A model generated the notes under the pieces. It was not told the DNA's origin. It was given only the letters and a program-made list of their open reading frames with translations, and made no database searches. Positions 27,555-38,400 of a stretch of DNA of 64,000 nucleotides are shown here, one piece after another. The translations under genes and the position numbers were made by a program. Location of the stretch: positions 2,482-66,481 of the IMG/VR virus record IMGVR_UViG_3300044618_002075, one strand, 5' to 3'. How positions within the stretch are numbered: position 1 is the first letter of the stretch; every line of letters starts with the position of its first letter. Source of the stretch: a virus.

Positions 27555-28231
27555 GCGCTCCTTTCGAGTTGCCGCATCAGTGCGTAAAGAGCCTGTGCGC
27601 CGCCTGCGGCATCAACCTGAGCCTTGGGGACATACATCTCTCCGTTGGACACGCGGGCAGGAGTTTTGCCGGCGATTGTCGCAGGGATGTGGTCACTTGT
27701 ACCAGTCCCCGGGCCACGGATCATTTGGGCTTCCGGAAGAAGCTGGCGGATACCGTGCGGGGTGCCGTTTTCTACCGCCTTGGCGGTCAGCACGAAGCCC
27801 CCGTCCTCCATAGGAAGCGGGTTCTGCTTGGTGCCTGTAAGCACGCCACCGGTAGCGTACGCGTGCATGAGCCCGCCGTCAGCCGCGTACTCCGTCATGG
27901 AGACGGGGCCGTACCTGCCTTGAACGACCTGCTTTTTGACCTTGGACGGGGACAGGTTCAAGCGCACCCCTCCCCGCCCCTGCTTGTCGCGGTCGAGGTA
28001 GCCCGCAAGCAAACCAGCAAGACCGAACAGGCCGCGCGGCGACATCAGCCCGCTGCCCATCGATGCAATGCTCTTGCTGAGCGTGTCCAAGAAGTTGTTG
28101 CTGCCGCTTCCGGGACGCCAACTGGGGTCGCCGTAGCTGGGGTCGAATACACTTTCTACTGCCTCTACGCGTGGCAAATTATCTTGTTCGTAATACTCTG
28201 GGTAGTAATCTGAATAGGCTTCGTTTGCCAT
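27551..28231 (-). CDS. putative virion protein
   Basis: GPGTGTSDHIPA...RVSNGEMYVP and several GG motifs. Confidence 0.7.
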   Translation of the reverse strand: MANEAYSDYYPEYYEQDNLPRVEAVESVFDPSYGDPSWRPGSGSNNFLDTLSKSIASMGSGLMSPRGLFGLAGLLAGYLDRDKQGRGGVRLNLSPSKVKKQVVQGRYGPVSMTEYAADGGLMHAYATGGVLTGTKQNPLPMEDGGFVLTAKAVENGTPHGIRQLLPEAQMIRGPGTGTSDHIPATIAGKTPARVSNGEMYVPKAQVDAAGGAQALYALMRQLERSA

Positions 28232-28232
28232 A

Positions 28233-29111
28233 TCACGCTCCAAACTGGTAGTCCATCAGGGGGCCGTAGCGTCCTGCAGTCATCTGTGAGGACCACTCGG
28301 GCTGCTTGGGTTCTTGCGCTGCCTGCTCTATCGCTGCCAGGACAGAATAGGCGTCTGCGTTGATACCTGCGTCGCCGTAGGTGTTGCCTGTGGGAGATGA
28401 CCCCTGGGACGGTGCCGAAGACAGACCGAGGGCTGCGCCCAAACCACCAGCCTTCGACCCGCCTACAGCTTCTGACGCTGCCCTGTTGACTGCGGGGCCA
28501 AGCGTTGAGCTTGCCAGAGCACCGGCCAATGGGTTACCCGTGATGCCGCTTACGAGAGCGCCAAGCCCTGCTTGCGCACCGGAGCCTACGGCTTTGCCAA
28601 GATCGTTAGTGAAAATACCTTCGAGGATGCCGGAAGGAATCCCCGTCCTCGCACCGATCAATCCCGCAGCCAGTCCCGGCACGACTTCCTCAGCGCTCAG
28701 CCTGCCAGTCATCAGGCCGTGGATGTTTGCAATGCCCTTGCCAAGCGCGGACACCGTGCCGTAGCCAGGAACCAGACTGGCGAGCGCGGGAGCAGCGTAG
28801 TTGAGGACGTTGTGGACGTTCTGTGCGGCGAGGGCTTGCTCTACGTTTTGATTGAACCCCGGGACGCCCGTTTTTCCAAAACCCGCATCCTGCAACCCCG
28901 CCAACGTGCCGTAGCTGACCCCTGGCGAATGAAAGCCCCTACCTGTTGCAGCGCCCTCGCCAAGAGGCGTGCCCAACATGTCCGCAATTGCTTGCGCTAC
29001 GTCTTGAGAGTATGGGCCGGCAGAAAGCCCAGATGCTCCGCTGGGGTCGTTGTAGTCCCCAAAGTTTTCGCCGCTAAGATCTGAGCCGCCAGGGCCTTGG
29101 TCACCGTACAT
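28233..29111 (-). CDS. Gly/Ala-rich putative ejection protein
   Basis: Composition and position. Confidence 0.6.
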   Translation of the reverse strand: MYGDQGPGGSDLSGENFGDYNDPSGASGLSAGPYSQDVAQAIADMLGTPLGEGAATGRGFHSPGVSYGTLAGLQDAGFGKTGVPGFNQNVEQALAAQNVHNVLNYAAPALASLVPGYGTVSALGKGIANIHGLMTGRLSAEEVVPGLAAGLIGARTGIPSGILEGIFTNDLGKAVGSGAQAGLGALVSGITGNPLAGALASSTLGPAVNRAASEAVGGSKAGGLGAALGLSSAPSQGSSPTGNTYGDAGINADAYSVLAAIEQAAQEPKQPEWSSQMTAGRYGPLMDYQFGA

Positions 29112-29131
29112 CTCTACCTCACTGAGTCAAA

Positions 29132-30511
29132 TTACCGGCTGATCTCTTCCCAGTCCATCGAGGCATGAACCTGATCTCCATTCGCCGCCGCTGTGCATAT
29201 AAGCGAAAGCTCGTAGGGCGTGGCGGTGAACGGGTTCCGTTCAAGTTGGAAAGAGAACAAGGCCTCCTTCAAGATGTCAATGGTGCTGGACCCTTGATTT
29301 GATCCCTGAAAGTAGCCTGAAGCCAGGATGCGCCCGCCTGCTATTGCAGTGCCTGTGATGTTGTAGTCCACAGCCGAACTCGTCCCCGCACTCACCCATG
29401 TACCCCCAGTAGTCGTACCTGACGCCACCACGCGCCACTGATAGTTAGCGTTGTTGGTGATGCCCATGATGGACAGCGCGGTCAAGATGACAATGCCGTC
29501 CAAGCGGGTAGACTTGAGTCGAATTGAGATAACAGGGTACAAGGTGCCTGCGGTCGTCAGCGTTCTTGGTGTCAAAATATCTGTGCCGATAGCTTGCTGC
29601 AGCCCTCGAAGCTCGTAACCTCCTTCAGAGATCACGGTAGAGCAGACCTGCTTCATCGTGCTTGACGAAGAAGTGCCCGCCACGTTTTCAATCTCGTAGC
29701 GCAGGGGCAGAGAAGCGGTGGTGATGTACGTCGTTGTGATCAGGTTCGCGTGGTTGAAGTTGTGCGCCGGAACAAACACGCCGTCAATGATGAACCCCAA
29801 GCGGCAAGTGCCCAGACCCAGCCACTCTATGTCGATGTAAAGAATCTGTGCTTTTGACAGATCGAGCGTGATACCTGATGGACCCGTGCCATTAAGCGGA
29901 TCTTGGTTCCAGTTCGCTTGTGCAACAAGAGTGTCCGTGGTTACGCCGGTTACAAAACTTCTCTCGACAAAATATACACTGCTGCCGTTTTGTTCAAGGT
30001 AGAGTCCGTTTGAAGCCCCAAAGTAGCCTACACGTTGGCGCAGGTTAGTTTTTGTTTGGGCCATCACAAACGTGGACATTACCAGCAGGCTTTTTCCAGG
30101 CTGGTAAGAGAAAACTTTCGTCGTCTCGCGGATGATCTTGCTGCCGCTTGCCGTATCGATTGTGAGATCCACAAGACCTTGGGCGGCATTGAACGCTACG
30201 GTGAAGGTTCCGGCGGCTGAAGTGTCGTTTACCCAAAGGTTGTTGTCCGAAAAACGGTGCGACGAATCAAACAGCGTCAGCGGGCTGCTGGTGCGCAGAC
30301 GGCCAAACGCATCAACGTTGGTGCCGCCGATTGATACCGGAATAGGGTTTGCAGTGGTTGCCACGATTTGATTCAGCAGGTTGTCTAGCTGGTTGAAGTA
30401 GATCCGCAGAATGCTCAGTAGCTGGTTGAAGTAGTCCGGATCGTAGCCTCTTGTAGGGAACGGAAGCGCGGGGGCTTTGAACCGCTTGATGATCGTGCTG
30501 ATGATGCTCAC
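29132..30511 (-). CDS. putative tail / structural protein
   Basis: DAFGRLRTS...YQPGK, beta-rich body. Confidence 0.65.
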   Translation of the reverse strand: MSIISTIIKRFKAPALPFPTRGYDPDYFNQLLSILRIYFNQLDNLLNQIVATTANPIPVSIGGTNVDAFGRLRTSSPLTLFDSSHRFSDNNLWVNDTSAAGTFTVAFNAAQGLVDLTIDTASGSKIIRETTKVFSYQPGKSLLVMSTFVMAQTKTNLRQRVGYFGASNGLYLEQNGSSVYFVERSFVTGVTTDTLVAQANWNQDPLNGTGPSGITLDLSKAQILYIDIEWLGLGTCRLGFIIDGVFVPAHNFNHANLITTTYITTASLPLRYEIENVAGTSSSSTMKQVCSTVISEGGYELRGLQQAIGTDILTPRTLTTAGTLYPVISIRLKSTRLDGIVILTALSIMGITNNANYQWRVVASGTTTGGTWVSAGTSSAVDYNITGTAIAGGRILASGYFQGSNQGSSTIDILKEALFSFQLERNPFTATPYELSLICTAAANGDQVHASMDWEEISR

Positions 30512-32436
30512 GATTTACGCCCGTCCGACCTAATGTCGATTCTCGGCACCCCAAGTTGCCATTGCACACCCAGTCCATCAGAAGCCACCTTGATAGCCAT
30601 CTGGCGTGCCCGAACGCGAATGTTGACCTGCTCGGTGAAGCGCTCGACCGTAGTCGTGGCCGCCCTGGCGACGGGGAAGGAGTTGCTCCCCGCAACGGAC
30701 ATGTCAGACGCATCCGTGGCCACAGGGTCCACGCCGCGCGTGTAGCCAGAGCCCGAGTTCTGCAGGGTCAGGAGAGACAGCTCAACGCTGGGCTGCGCCG
30801 GGAGCGGCGTAGTAGACCCCGTGAATGTGATGTCCGGAAGCACGCGCCAGACGAAGCCAAAGTTGTAGCCGTCGTCGATGTCAAACTCTGAGGACGTGAT
30901 GTAAGCCTCGAAGCCGACAGGCGTGGACGTGGAACCGTCATCACAGCCCGTCTCATGCACCAGAAGTCTGTTGTTGTAATCCGTTGCCATCGGTACATCC
31001 TGCACAACACTTGCGTCCACCCACGCGGTGCGGGCCATCGTGCCGTAGTACCAGATCTTCTCTGCGTAGTTGTAGACCACGTAGCGGTCTATGGTCGTGG
31101 ACCCTGCAGAGCAGTAGAACCACCACACTTCGCTGAACTGCTCTACGGTAGACGCAAAAACCTGCAGCGGCTGGCCGTAGTTGAAGTCGTTGAAGATGTA
31201 CTGGCGCAGGTCGCAGTTGAGCGTCTGCACGCGCCCGTCGAAGGCGTAGAACTTCTCGTAGCCCATCCAGTAGGTGACGCCTGCGGCGGTTGCCCAGGCG
31301 CGGTCACTGACGATGGAGACGTTGTCCGCGAGGATCTGTGAGCCCCACACGATGGGCGGGCCGAGGTACTGGAGCGAGTACAGCGACGTGTCTGTCCAGA
31401 CCAGAATCTCCTGGCGCACTTGCGCGACCGCTTCGATGGCTGAACCGTGGGACAGGCGCAGGCTGCCTGCTTGGGTGGTGGCCGCAGGCGTCCAATTTGC
31501 CGCCGTCTCCTGATCCGACCACCGGATCAGCATAGGGTCCAGATCGGTTGAGCCGTAGTCCGTCGTGCCGAAGGCCAGAACGAAGCGTGAGGCGTCGGAG
31601 ACGACGATGTAGTTCGCCTTGCTGGGCGTGTCGCTTGCCCCTGGGAGCGTCGAGATGTTGACCGCCCGTGTGCCCGTGCCAATCGTGGTCGCCGTCCAGT
31701 AGTAGATGCCCCCGCCCTTGGGGTTGATCAGCAGGTCGTTGCCGAAGTTGTAGGCGGTCCAAATGCCGATGTTCAAAGGGGTGAAGGGCGTCGAACTGCC
31801 ACCCCACACGCCGCTGCCCCAGCCGCCGCTGCCCCAGCCCGTGCCCGAAGCAGGCGGGTACTGGATCGTGGACCCGACGTTGACCTGATAGGCGGCAACC
31901 ACCGCAGCGCCCCCGCCCGAGCCGGCTGCGAGAGCGGCGGCATTCGGGATGACAGGAAGCTGGATGGTGTAACTGTTGACGTCAACAACTGTGACTTGGT
32001 ACTCTTGGTTGAGCACAGCCGCAGTGATGTTGGTGCCCGCACCGCCGATATCCACCGCACCGCTGAAGGTGACAAAGTCTCCGGTAAAGCAGCCGTGCGC
32101 AGTGTCGGTCACCGTGCAGGTAAGGGACGCCGTCAACGCAAAAGGATTGTTGTTGATTGTGCTTGTGGCACGCAGCGGCGTGATGTCGTAATAGGCGCCG
32201 TACTGGATGTAGTACTTGAGGTTCGTGCCGACACCGACGTACTGCGTCCAAGGCCAGAGAGACCGACAGACACCCAGGAATTGATCGGGCAAGAGCTGCT
32301 GCCACCCGCCAATCTTCTCAGGCTGGCCTGAGCGAAAGCGCACCTTCTCGCAGAAGTACCATCCACGGTCTTCCGAGGCATAGCGGGTGTTCTCGCGGAA
32401 CACCCCCGGACGAATGCGGACGGCCTTCAGCGGCAT
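30508..32436 (-). CDS. tail nozzle / stabilisation protein (tail tubular B-like)
   Basis: RFRSGQPEKIGGW, PMLIRWSDQE, EVWWFY, RVRARQ; size and position. Confidence 0.75.
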   Translation of the reverse strand: MPLKAVRIRPGVFRENTRYASEDRGWYFCEKVRFRSGQPEKIGGWQQLLPDQFLGVCRSLWPWTQYVGVGTNLKYYIQYGAYYDITPLRATSTINNNPFALTASLTCTVTDTAHGCFTGDFVTFSGAVDIGGAGTNITAAVLNQEYQVTVVDVNSYTIQLPVIPNAAALAAGSGGGAAVVAAYQVNVGSTIQYPPASGTGWGSGGWGSGVWGGSSTPFTPLNIGIWTAYNFGNDLLINPKGGGIYYWTATTIGTGTRAVNISTLPGASDTPSKANYIVVSDASRFVLAFGTTDYGSTDLDPMLIRWSDQETAANWTPAATTQAGSLRLSHGSAIEAVAQVRQEILVWTDTSLYSLQYLGPPIVWGSQILADNVSIVSDRAWATAAGVTYWMGYEKFYAFDGRVQTLNCDLRQYIFNDFNYGQPLQVFASTVEQFSEVWWFYCSAGSTTIDRYVVYNYAEKIWYYGTMARTAWVDASVVQDVPMATDYNNRLLVHETGCDDGSTSTPVGFEAYITSSEFDIDDGYNFGFVWRVLPDITFTGSTTPLPAQPSVELSLLTLQNSGSGYTRGVDPVATDASDMSVAGSNSFPVARAATTTVERFTEQVNIRVRARQMAIKVASDGLGVQWQLGVPRIDIRSDGRKS

Positions 32437-32440
32437 ACGA

Positions 32441-32944
32441 TTACCTCAGAAACAGCGCGCGCTCATCTCTGCGCCGCTTGACAAGACCCGGAAGTTCTTT
32501 GCCGCCAGCCTTGGTCCACTGCATGAACGCGTCTGCGGCTCCCTCGATGTCATCGCGGTTGGCCTTCATGCGGATCTGGCTGCGCTGCAGGTTGCCTAGA
32601 CCGGCGTTGTACGCAAAAGAGACCAGAGCGTCGAAGCGCCCTTGATGACCAGCACAGCCGGGAACCAGACGAAGAACACCTCGTTCAAAAGCAGCGACGT
32701 CCACCGCGAATAGTCTCTCGATCTCTTCCTTGGACCAGACACGGTTGTGCTCCGGACGTAGCGGGTAGTTCATGCGGATGAACCCAGTGTAGCCCTCTTT
32801 GCGAACCATGGGCAGTTGGATCTGGTCCTGATACAGGACGTGCCCGTATCCGACGGTCCAGATGTGCGCAGGGCACAGGTAGGGCCGGGTTCTGTAGCCC
32901 TCATACCTGTGCATCAGCGCAGCGCCCTCGGGGCTGAGCTTCAC
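32441..32944 (-). CDS. endolysin, GH24 phage lysozyme
   Basis: E-8X-C-5X-T triad, FDALVSFAYNAG, GLVKRR; GTG start overlaps upstream stop. Confidence 0.92.
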   Translation of the reverse strand: MKLSPEGAALMHRYEGYRTRPYLCPAHIWTVGYGHVLYQDQIQLPMVRKEGYTGFIRMNYPLRPEHNRVWSKEEIERLFAVDVAAFERGVLRLVPGCAGHQGRFDALVSFAYNAGLGNLQRSQIRMKANRDDIEGAADAFMQWTKAGGKELPGLVKRRRDERALFLR

Positions 32945-33444
32945 TTCTTGCTCCACTGCCTGCTGCCGAACCAGAACCCAATGATCCCGCCCAGCATGGC
33001 CATTTCATCTTCGCTGAAGATGATCGCGGTAACGCGAATCAGGTCGTCAACCGACTGAATCAGACCCGGATGCTTCCAGACGTACAACGTCAAGGCCGCA
33101 TTGATCAGCACCAACTCGATGATGAAAATATAGGTCACCGTCGGGCGCACCGTGCCGACGTAGTTGGCAACCCAGCGGCTGGCTTTCTCCAGCACCTTCT
33201 CGTCGTGCCTGAGCGCCGCCTCGGTCATCTGCGCCTCGGTCTGCATCGCAACCTGTTCGACGCGGATCTCCTCCATCTTGGCCTGGGAGGCGTACCCCTG
33301 GGCCGCAAGCTGGAGTTCACGCTCGGTCTGAAGCCGTGCCAGAGCGATCTCGTGCTTCTGGTCGCTCTTGTTCTGGAAGAACTCCAGCAGCTTGGGCAGG
33401 CCGCTGATCAGCAGACCACCGAGGGTAGAAAGCAGAGAGAGCAT
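32941..33444 (-). CDS. putative holin-like membrane protein
   Basis: VRPTVTY, TM segments, GFWFGSR, basic end; directly upstream of lysozyme. Confidence 0.65.
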   Translation of the reverse strand: MLSLLSTLGGLLISGLPKLLEFFQNKSDQKHEIALARLQTERELQLAAQGYASQAKMEEIRVEQVAMQTEAQMTEAALRHDEKVLEKASRWVANYVGTVRPTVTYIFIIELVLINAALTLYVWKHPGLIQSVDDLIRVTAIIFSEDEMAMLGGIIGFWFGSRQWSKK

Positions 33445-33446
33445 GT

Positions 33447-33857
33447 TTACCCCTTGGTGGAGATGACATCATCACCGCGCTGGACGGTGACCTTGTCGCC
33501 TTCGACGCTGACCTTCATGGACGCTTCCTGACGCTCAGGCTTGTCCAGGCGCCCGATCAACTCCTTGATGATCGTGATCTCGGGCTTCTCTTCCTTCTTG
33601 GTCTCGTTGACGATGCCGTTGACCATCTGGATCAGTGCCATCGTGGCGGTTGCCACCAGACCAATGACAGCAGGAAGCGCTTCGGTGTTCAGGAAAGCCG
33701 ACGACACAACACCCACCAGCACCAGCAGGAAGATCCAGATGATGGCCGTCTTGCCGATGGCCTTGGCAGCGACTTCCTTGGCGGTGGCCTGAGCCTCCAG
33801 CCGTTTGAGTTCAACTGCGGCCTGGGCCTTCAGGGTGTTCAGGTCAATCGGTTCCAT
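33447..33857 (-). CDS. two-TM membrane protein, possibly lysis-related
   Basis: Two hydrophobic segments. Confidence 0.6.
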   Translation of the reverse strand: MEPIDLNTLKAQAAVELKRLEAQATAKEVAAKAIGKTAIIWIFLLVLVGVVSSAFLNTEALPAVIGLVATATMALIQMVNGIVNETKKEEKPEITIIKELIGRLDKPERQEASMKVSVEGDKVTVQRGDDVISTKG

Positions 33858-33871
33858 GATGGCTCCTTAGT

Positions 33872-34147
33872 TCATGGCTGTTGGGGCGCTGGCTTGGGGG
33901 GCTTGGGCGCGTTTGTGACACATGCCGTGCCATTCCAACTGAAACCGATCTGGCCTTGCCCTACAACGTCAGTAAGCACAAAGTCTTGTGCTGTTTCGTC
34001 GTAAAGCCAAAGTAGCGAAGAGGCTGTCGCTTGGACCAACGCAAAGTAACCTGAAGGAGGTGCCCACGTATCTTGATTACCGTCCCAAAGACATACGTTA
34101 TCCACAGTGTTTGTGGCAATACTGATCAGCAGGTAGTTTTGGATCAT
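33872..34147 (-). CDS. putative tail-fibre-associated small protein
   Basis: VDNVCLWDG...IGFSWNG; follows fibre gene. Confidence 0.6.
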   Translation of the reverse strand: MIQNYLLISIATNTVDNVCLWDGNQDTWAPPSGYFALVQATASSLLWLYDETAQDFVLTDVVGQGQIGFSWNGTACVTNAPKPPKPAPQQP

Positions 34148-34155
34148 GTCCTACC

Positions 34156-35484
34156 TCACCATTCAAAAATGACGATACCTGCGGCACCCGCCACACCTGA
34201 CGAGGACGAGCCTGCTCCCCCCACCCTACCACCCCCGCCACCGCCAATAGCGTTACCGGCTACATGTGAATACACAGGAGTAGAGAATATCGAAAAACCC
34301 GCAATTGCAGAGGTTGTCCCAGAACTTCCAGACATGTTTAGGTCTCCGTTGGTAGCGGTGCCACCACTCCCCGGAGAACCTACACCAGAAACACCGCCAC
34401 CGGCGCCTCCGTTAGCCGTTACAGTAGTAATACTTTGCGTACCACTTGCTATGCTACTGTTCCCGCCCGCTCCACCGGCAACGCCCGAACTACCGCTCGC
34501 AGTTCCGCCACTACCAACAGTAACGGAAATCGTATTCCCAGAAGTAAGGCTTGTAAGCCATTTGATTGCTGTAGCACCCCCTCCACCAGCCAATACCTCA
34601 CCGTTAGTAGGCGCTCCGGCAGTACCGCCACCGCCCCCCACAAGCGTTACTTTTACCTTGGTGATACCAGAAGGTATGGTGAACGTGCCGTTAGAGGAAA
34701 AAACTTGTGTCGTTGGGCCAACATATCCCGCCGCAGGAGCCGTACTTTGCCAAGTAGTCCCGTTGGAAGTGAGGACGTTCCCCGCCGTACCCGGCGCTAC
34801 CGTCTGAACAGCAGAGGTGTCGTTGCCCAGCAAGACGTTGTTCGCAGCCAGGGTAGCAGCGCCAGTACCCCCAGACGCCACAGGAAGCGTGGTCGTCCAC
34901 GAAGGAATGCCCGCAGCGACCGTCAGGACAGCGTTGGTTGCGCCCACCGTCAGCTTGCTGATCGCCGTGGTGCTGGAGGCGTACAGCAGGTCTCCAACCG
35001 CGTAGCTGGACTGCCCAGTGCCGCCAGAGGTCGCGGGCAGCGCCGTACCAAGCGTCAGGGAGAATGCGTAGTTCACCGCCTCGTAGACCCCGGCGCTCGT
35101 CACACGCAAGAGCATGGACTTGCCGTTGGGCACCGCCACGCTGGCGCCCCCTGACGTCTCGACCGTGACCGTGCCGCCCGCGCTGTTCGTGACGGAGTAC
35201 AGCTTGGCGATGCCGGAGACCGTGGCAGGGACACGCACCGTGGCCGTCTGTACGCTGGTCAGCGAGCCGGTGATGACCAGCGTCATGTTCCGGGCGTCGG
35301 AGGATGCGCCGTCTGCAATCGCAGGCAGCGTGGTGGTGCCCCCAGAAGTCACGGCCACATCGACCGAGCCCACCACCGCCTGATCCACAAGGTCCGTCAA
35401 GCGGTCGTTGACCGTGGTGCCCCAGCCTGCGTCGTTCAGCCCGGGCTTCGCCAGCTTCAGGCCCGTGGTGTAGGTATTCGCCAT
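34156..35484 (-). CDS. tail fibre protein, Gly-rich C-terminus
   Basis: LPxxxGGTG repeats, GTFTIPSGITKVKVTLVGGGGG. Confidence 0.75.
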   Translation of the reverse strand: MANTYTTGLKLAKPGLNDAGWGTTVNDRLTDLVDQAVVGSVDVAVTSGGTTTLPAIADGASSDARNMTLVITGSLTSVQTATVRVPATVSGIAKLYSVTNSAGGTVTVETSGGASVAVPNGKSMLLRVTSAGVYEAVNYAFSLTLGTALPATSGGTGQSSYAVGDLLYASSTTAISKLTVGATNAVLTVAAGIPSWTTTLPVASGGTGAATLAANNVLLGNDTSAVQTVAPGTAGNVLTSNGTTWQSTAPAAGYVGPTTQVFSSNGTFTIPSGITKVKVTLVGGGGGTAGAPTNGEVLAGGGGATAIKWLTSLTSGNTISVTVGSGGTASGSSGVAGGAGGNSSIASGTQSITTVTANGGAGGGVSGVGSPGSGGTATNGDLNMSGSSGTTSAIAGFSIFSTPVYSHVAGNAIGGGGGGRVGGAGSSSSGVAGAAGIVIFEW

Positions 35485-35492
35485 GATGGCCC

Positions 35493-38400
35493 TCAAGTTT
35501 GGATTTCAACCCAGCCCGGGGACTGGGTATCGTTGATCTCGACCCAGGTCGTGGACGGCGCGGTCACAACATTTTGCCAGTTCGGGGTCTGGCTGTCATC
35601 TATTGGATTCCAGAGGTAGCTGCCCGCCACAAGGTCCGTGATAGCTCCGGCGTCGCTGAACGAGACATTGAACGTGCCGCCCGCAGTAGGCGTATCCAGT
35701 GCCTGCGCGGCATCAAGGATGCTTACGTTGAACGTGGACGCAGCAACCGCGGGCGTATCCGCCCCTGTGGCAGTGTCAGAAAATACCACGCTGAACGCGG
35801 CAGCGGCTGAAGTTGCGTCTGCACCTGTGGCCGTATCAGAGAAGAATGCTCCGAACGAGGCCCTGGCAGAGATCGCATCGGCGCCGGTAACCGTGTCAGA
35901 GAAAGAAGCGCTAGTAGAAAGCGCTCCCGAGATAGCATCGGTGCCGGTAGCTGTGTCAGAAAAAGATACCCCTATCGAAGCGGAAGCGGCTACGGTATCT
36001 GCACCTGTAGCAGTATCAGAAAAAGTTGCACTAAAGACAAAGTTCGATGTGACAGCATCCGAGCCTGTGGCTGTATCACTCAACGAAACGTTGAATGTTC
36101 CAGATGCCGCGAATGCATCTATACCGGTAGCCGTCTCACTGTAAGCTGCGCCAAAAATTGATGCCGCGACAGAAACTGCGTCTGCGCCAGTTGCTGTGTC
36201 GCTGAAAGATGCGCTGTATACCGTGCCCCCCGCTGCTTCAAAGTACCAGCCCAGTGACCCGTTGTTGGTCGAGTTGGCGCCCGCGTACCACGTTGTGGTC
36301 AGCGAGTAGGCGCGGATACCCGTGATCGTCAGGTAGTCCGGCGTGGTCACCGTACCGGAGGTCAGGACCAGTGTTGCAGGCGAAGCGGCAGAAGACCCCC
36401 TCAGCGTCAAGACCCTACCAGCTTCACCAGCAGCGGTGAAACTACCAACCGTCTGCGTTGTGGCATTGAAGTTGATGGTGGTGGCACCCGTGGCTTTGTA
36501 GGTGTTAGTGATGTTGGCAAAAGTGTTGTTGCCGGTGATACCCAGTTCGCTTGCGCTACCTTGATCAAGCGTAATACCTGAGTAGTTAGCACCGCCACCG
36601 CCAAAAGTTTTACCGGCAGATCGCGTCATGCTTATGATACCCGTGCCCGTAACGGTGAGGTTAGTAGCCACGACGCCGAAAGAAAATATAGCGAGTGTCC
36701 ACTTGCCTGAACCAAAAGCCATAGTTCTTGTATTTGAGCCAGACGTAGTAATGGTGGCACCTTCTCCAGAGAAAGTCACATTATATGTAGCGGCGTTAAA
36801 TTCTCCAGTTAGAAGGTTCAACGCCCCAGAGGCATTACTGTTTGATGAGAAAGCGTCTTGCAACGTCACCGATCCCCCGGGAGTGTCTACCGTGAACGCC
36901 TGCGTAAACGTCTTCCCCGCGCTGGTGATTGTCTGACTACCACGCCCAGCAAAAGTCATCGCCCCCGTGCCCGTCAGCGTAGTGCCTGTACCATTGATCC
37001 AATTACCATAGATAGCTGGTGTCTGGCTTCCCGTCGCCAGCGTCATCGTATTCGTCGTCCTAGCCGACATGTCGATGGTGCCAATGTTGAGGTCTAGATT
37101 GATGGTAACCGTTGCCCCGCTGTTCAGCCCAGTGGCTTCAAAGATGCATGTATCTTGAGCAAGAGGAAAAAAGTCATTGCTGGGCGTACCACCAGATGAA
37201 GAGGCCCATCCATTTGATGTCCAGTTGCCGCCACCAGCGAGGTTCCAATACACCGTCTTTGCGGCAGCAAACGTAATACTACTGTTACCCTTGCAGTCTC
37301 CGACTCGCGCACCAGAAGCAGGAGCAGCGGCGCCTGCAATGGTGATATCTCGGAAATCCGCGTCAGCCATAGACACGGCGGCGCAGGTCAGCGTACGCGT
37401 GGTGCCAAGCGTGTCCGACCGCACAAAGGTTCGGCCCCGCATGCTGCTAAGGTTTACACCTGCTGGCAGCGTCAACGTGCCGTTTACGGTTTGACTAGCA
37501 GCCAGCACCAACTGTCGAAAGTTGGACGAAGAAACAGACGCAGTAGAAAGATTGTTGAAGGTGTTGGCTCCGTTAATTGTGGCCGTCCCCGTCCCAGTAC
37601 CGGTGAAGGTGACGTTGTAGAACGTTTTGCCGTTGCCGGAGAAGGTTGGAGAAGTAGCGGAGCAGTTGACTTGGGACGTACTTGCTGTAACGGTCAAGTT
37701 GGCAGCGTTGGTTTCGGTCGTGCCAAAATTTATTGGTCCGCTTGCAGACAAAGCAACAGTTCCAGATCCAAGATCTAAAGTCCTAGAATGTGCGTTGTCG
37801 CTGGAAATAGAACTCGCCGTAAAATTGTACGTATCAAAATCAAACAACCCATTAATAATGGTTATTGTAGCATTTCCTATAGCAAGGGCGCTGCCTAGCG
37901 TCCATTCAGAACTGACACCGTTTACATCAATTGAGGACGCTAACGCAACTCCATTTGTCGTCAACACGTTGCCTGCGGTAGACCCAGAAAGCGTAATTAC
38001 CCCCGTGTACGTTCTCGTCAGCCCTGTCGCAGGCAGCGTCACGTTGCCGTGAATACCGACAATAGTTGTGCTGCCTGCCAGCGTCACGTTGCCCACCAAC
38101 GGGCCTGCAATGGTGAGAGACTTCATCCTGATGCCGCCAGTGACAGCGTTCACCGTGGCTGTGTAGGCTGTGGCGTTGGACAGGCTGTCGAAGACAACAG
38201 CATCATGGCTTCTCGGCACAGACGCGCCTGAGCCGCCACCAGACGACGTAGACCACCGCGCGGTGTCGCTCCAGTTGCCTGTGCCACCCACCCAGTAGCG
38301 CGTGCTGTCGGCAGGCTTGGCTGTGCGGTAGACAGGCGCTGCCGCCGTGCCTGTGCTGTTGGCACCGGCGTAGAACTCACCAGGGCTTGTGGCAGCAAAG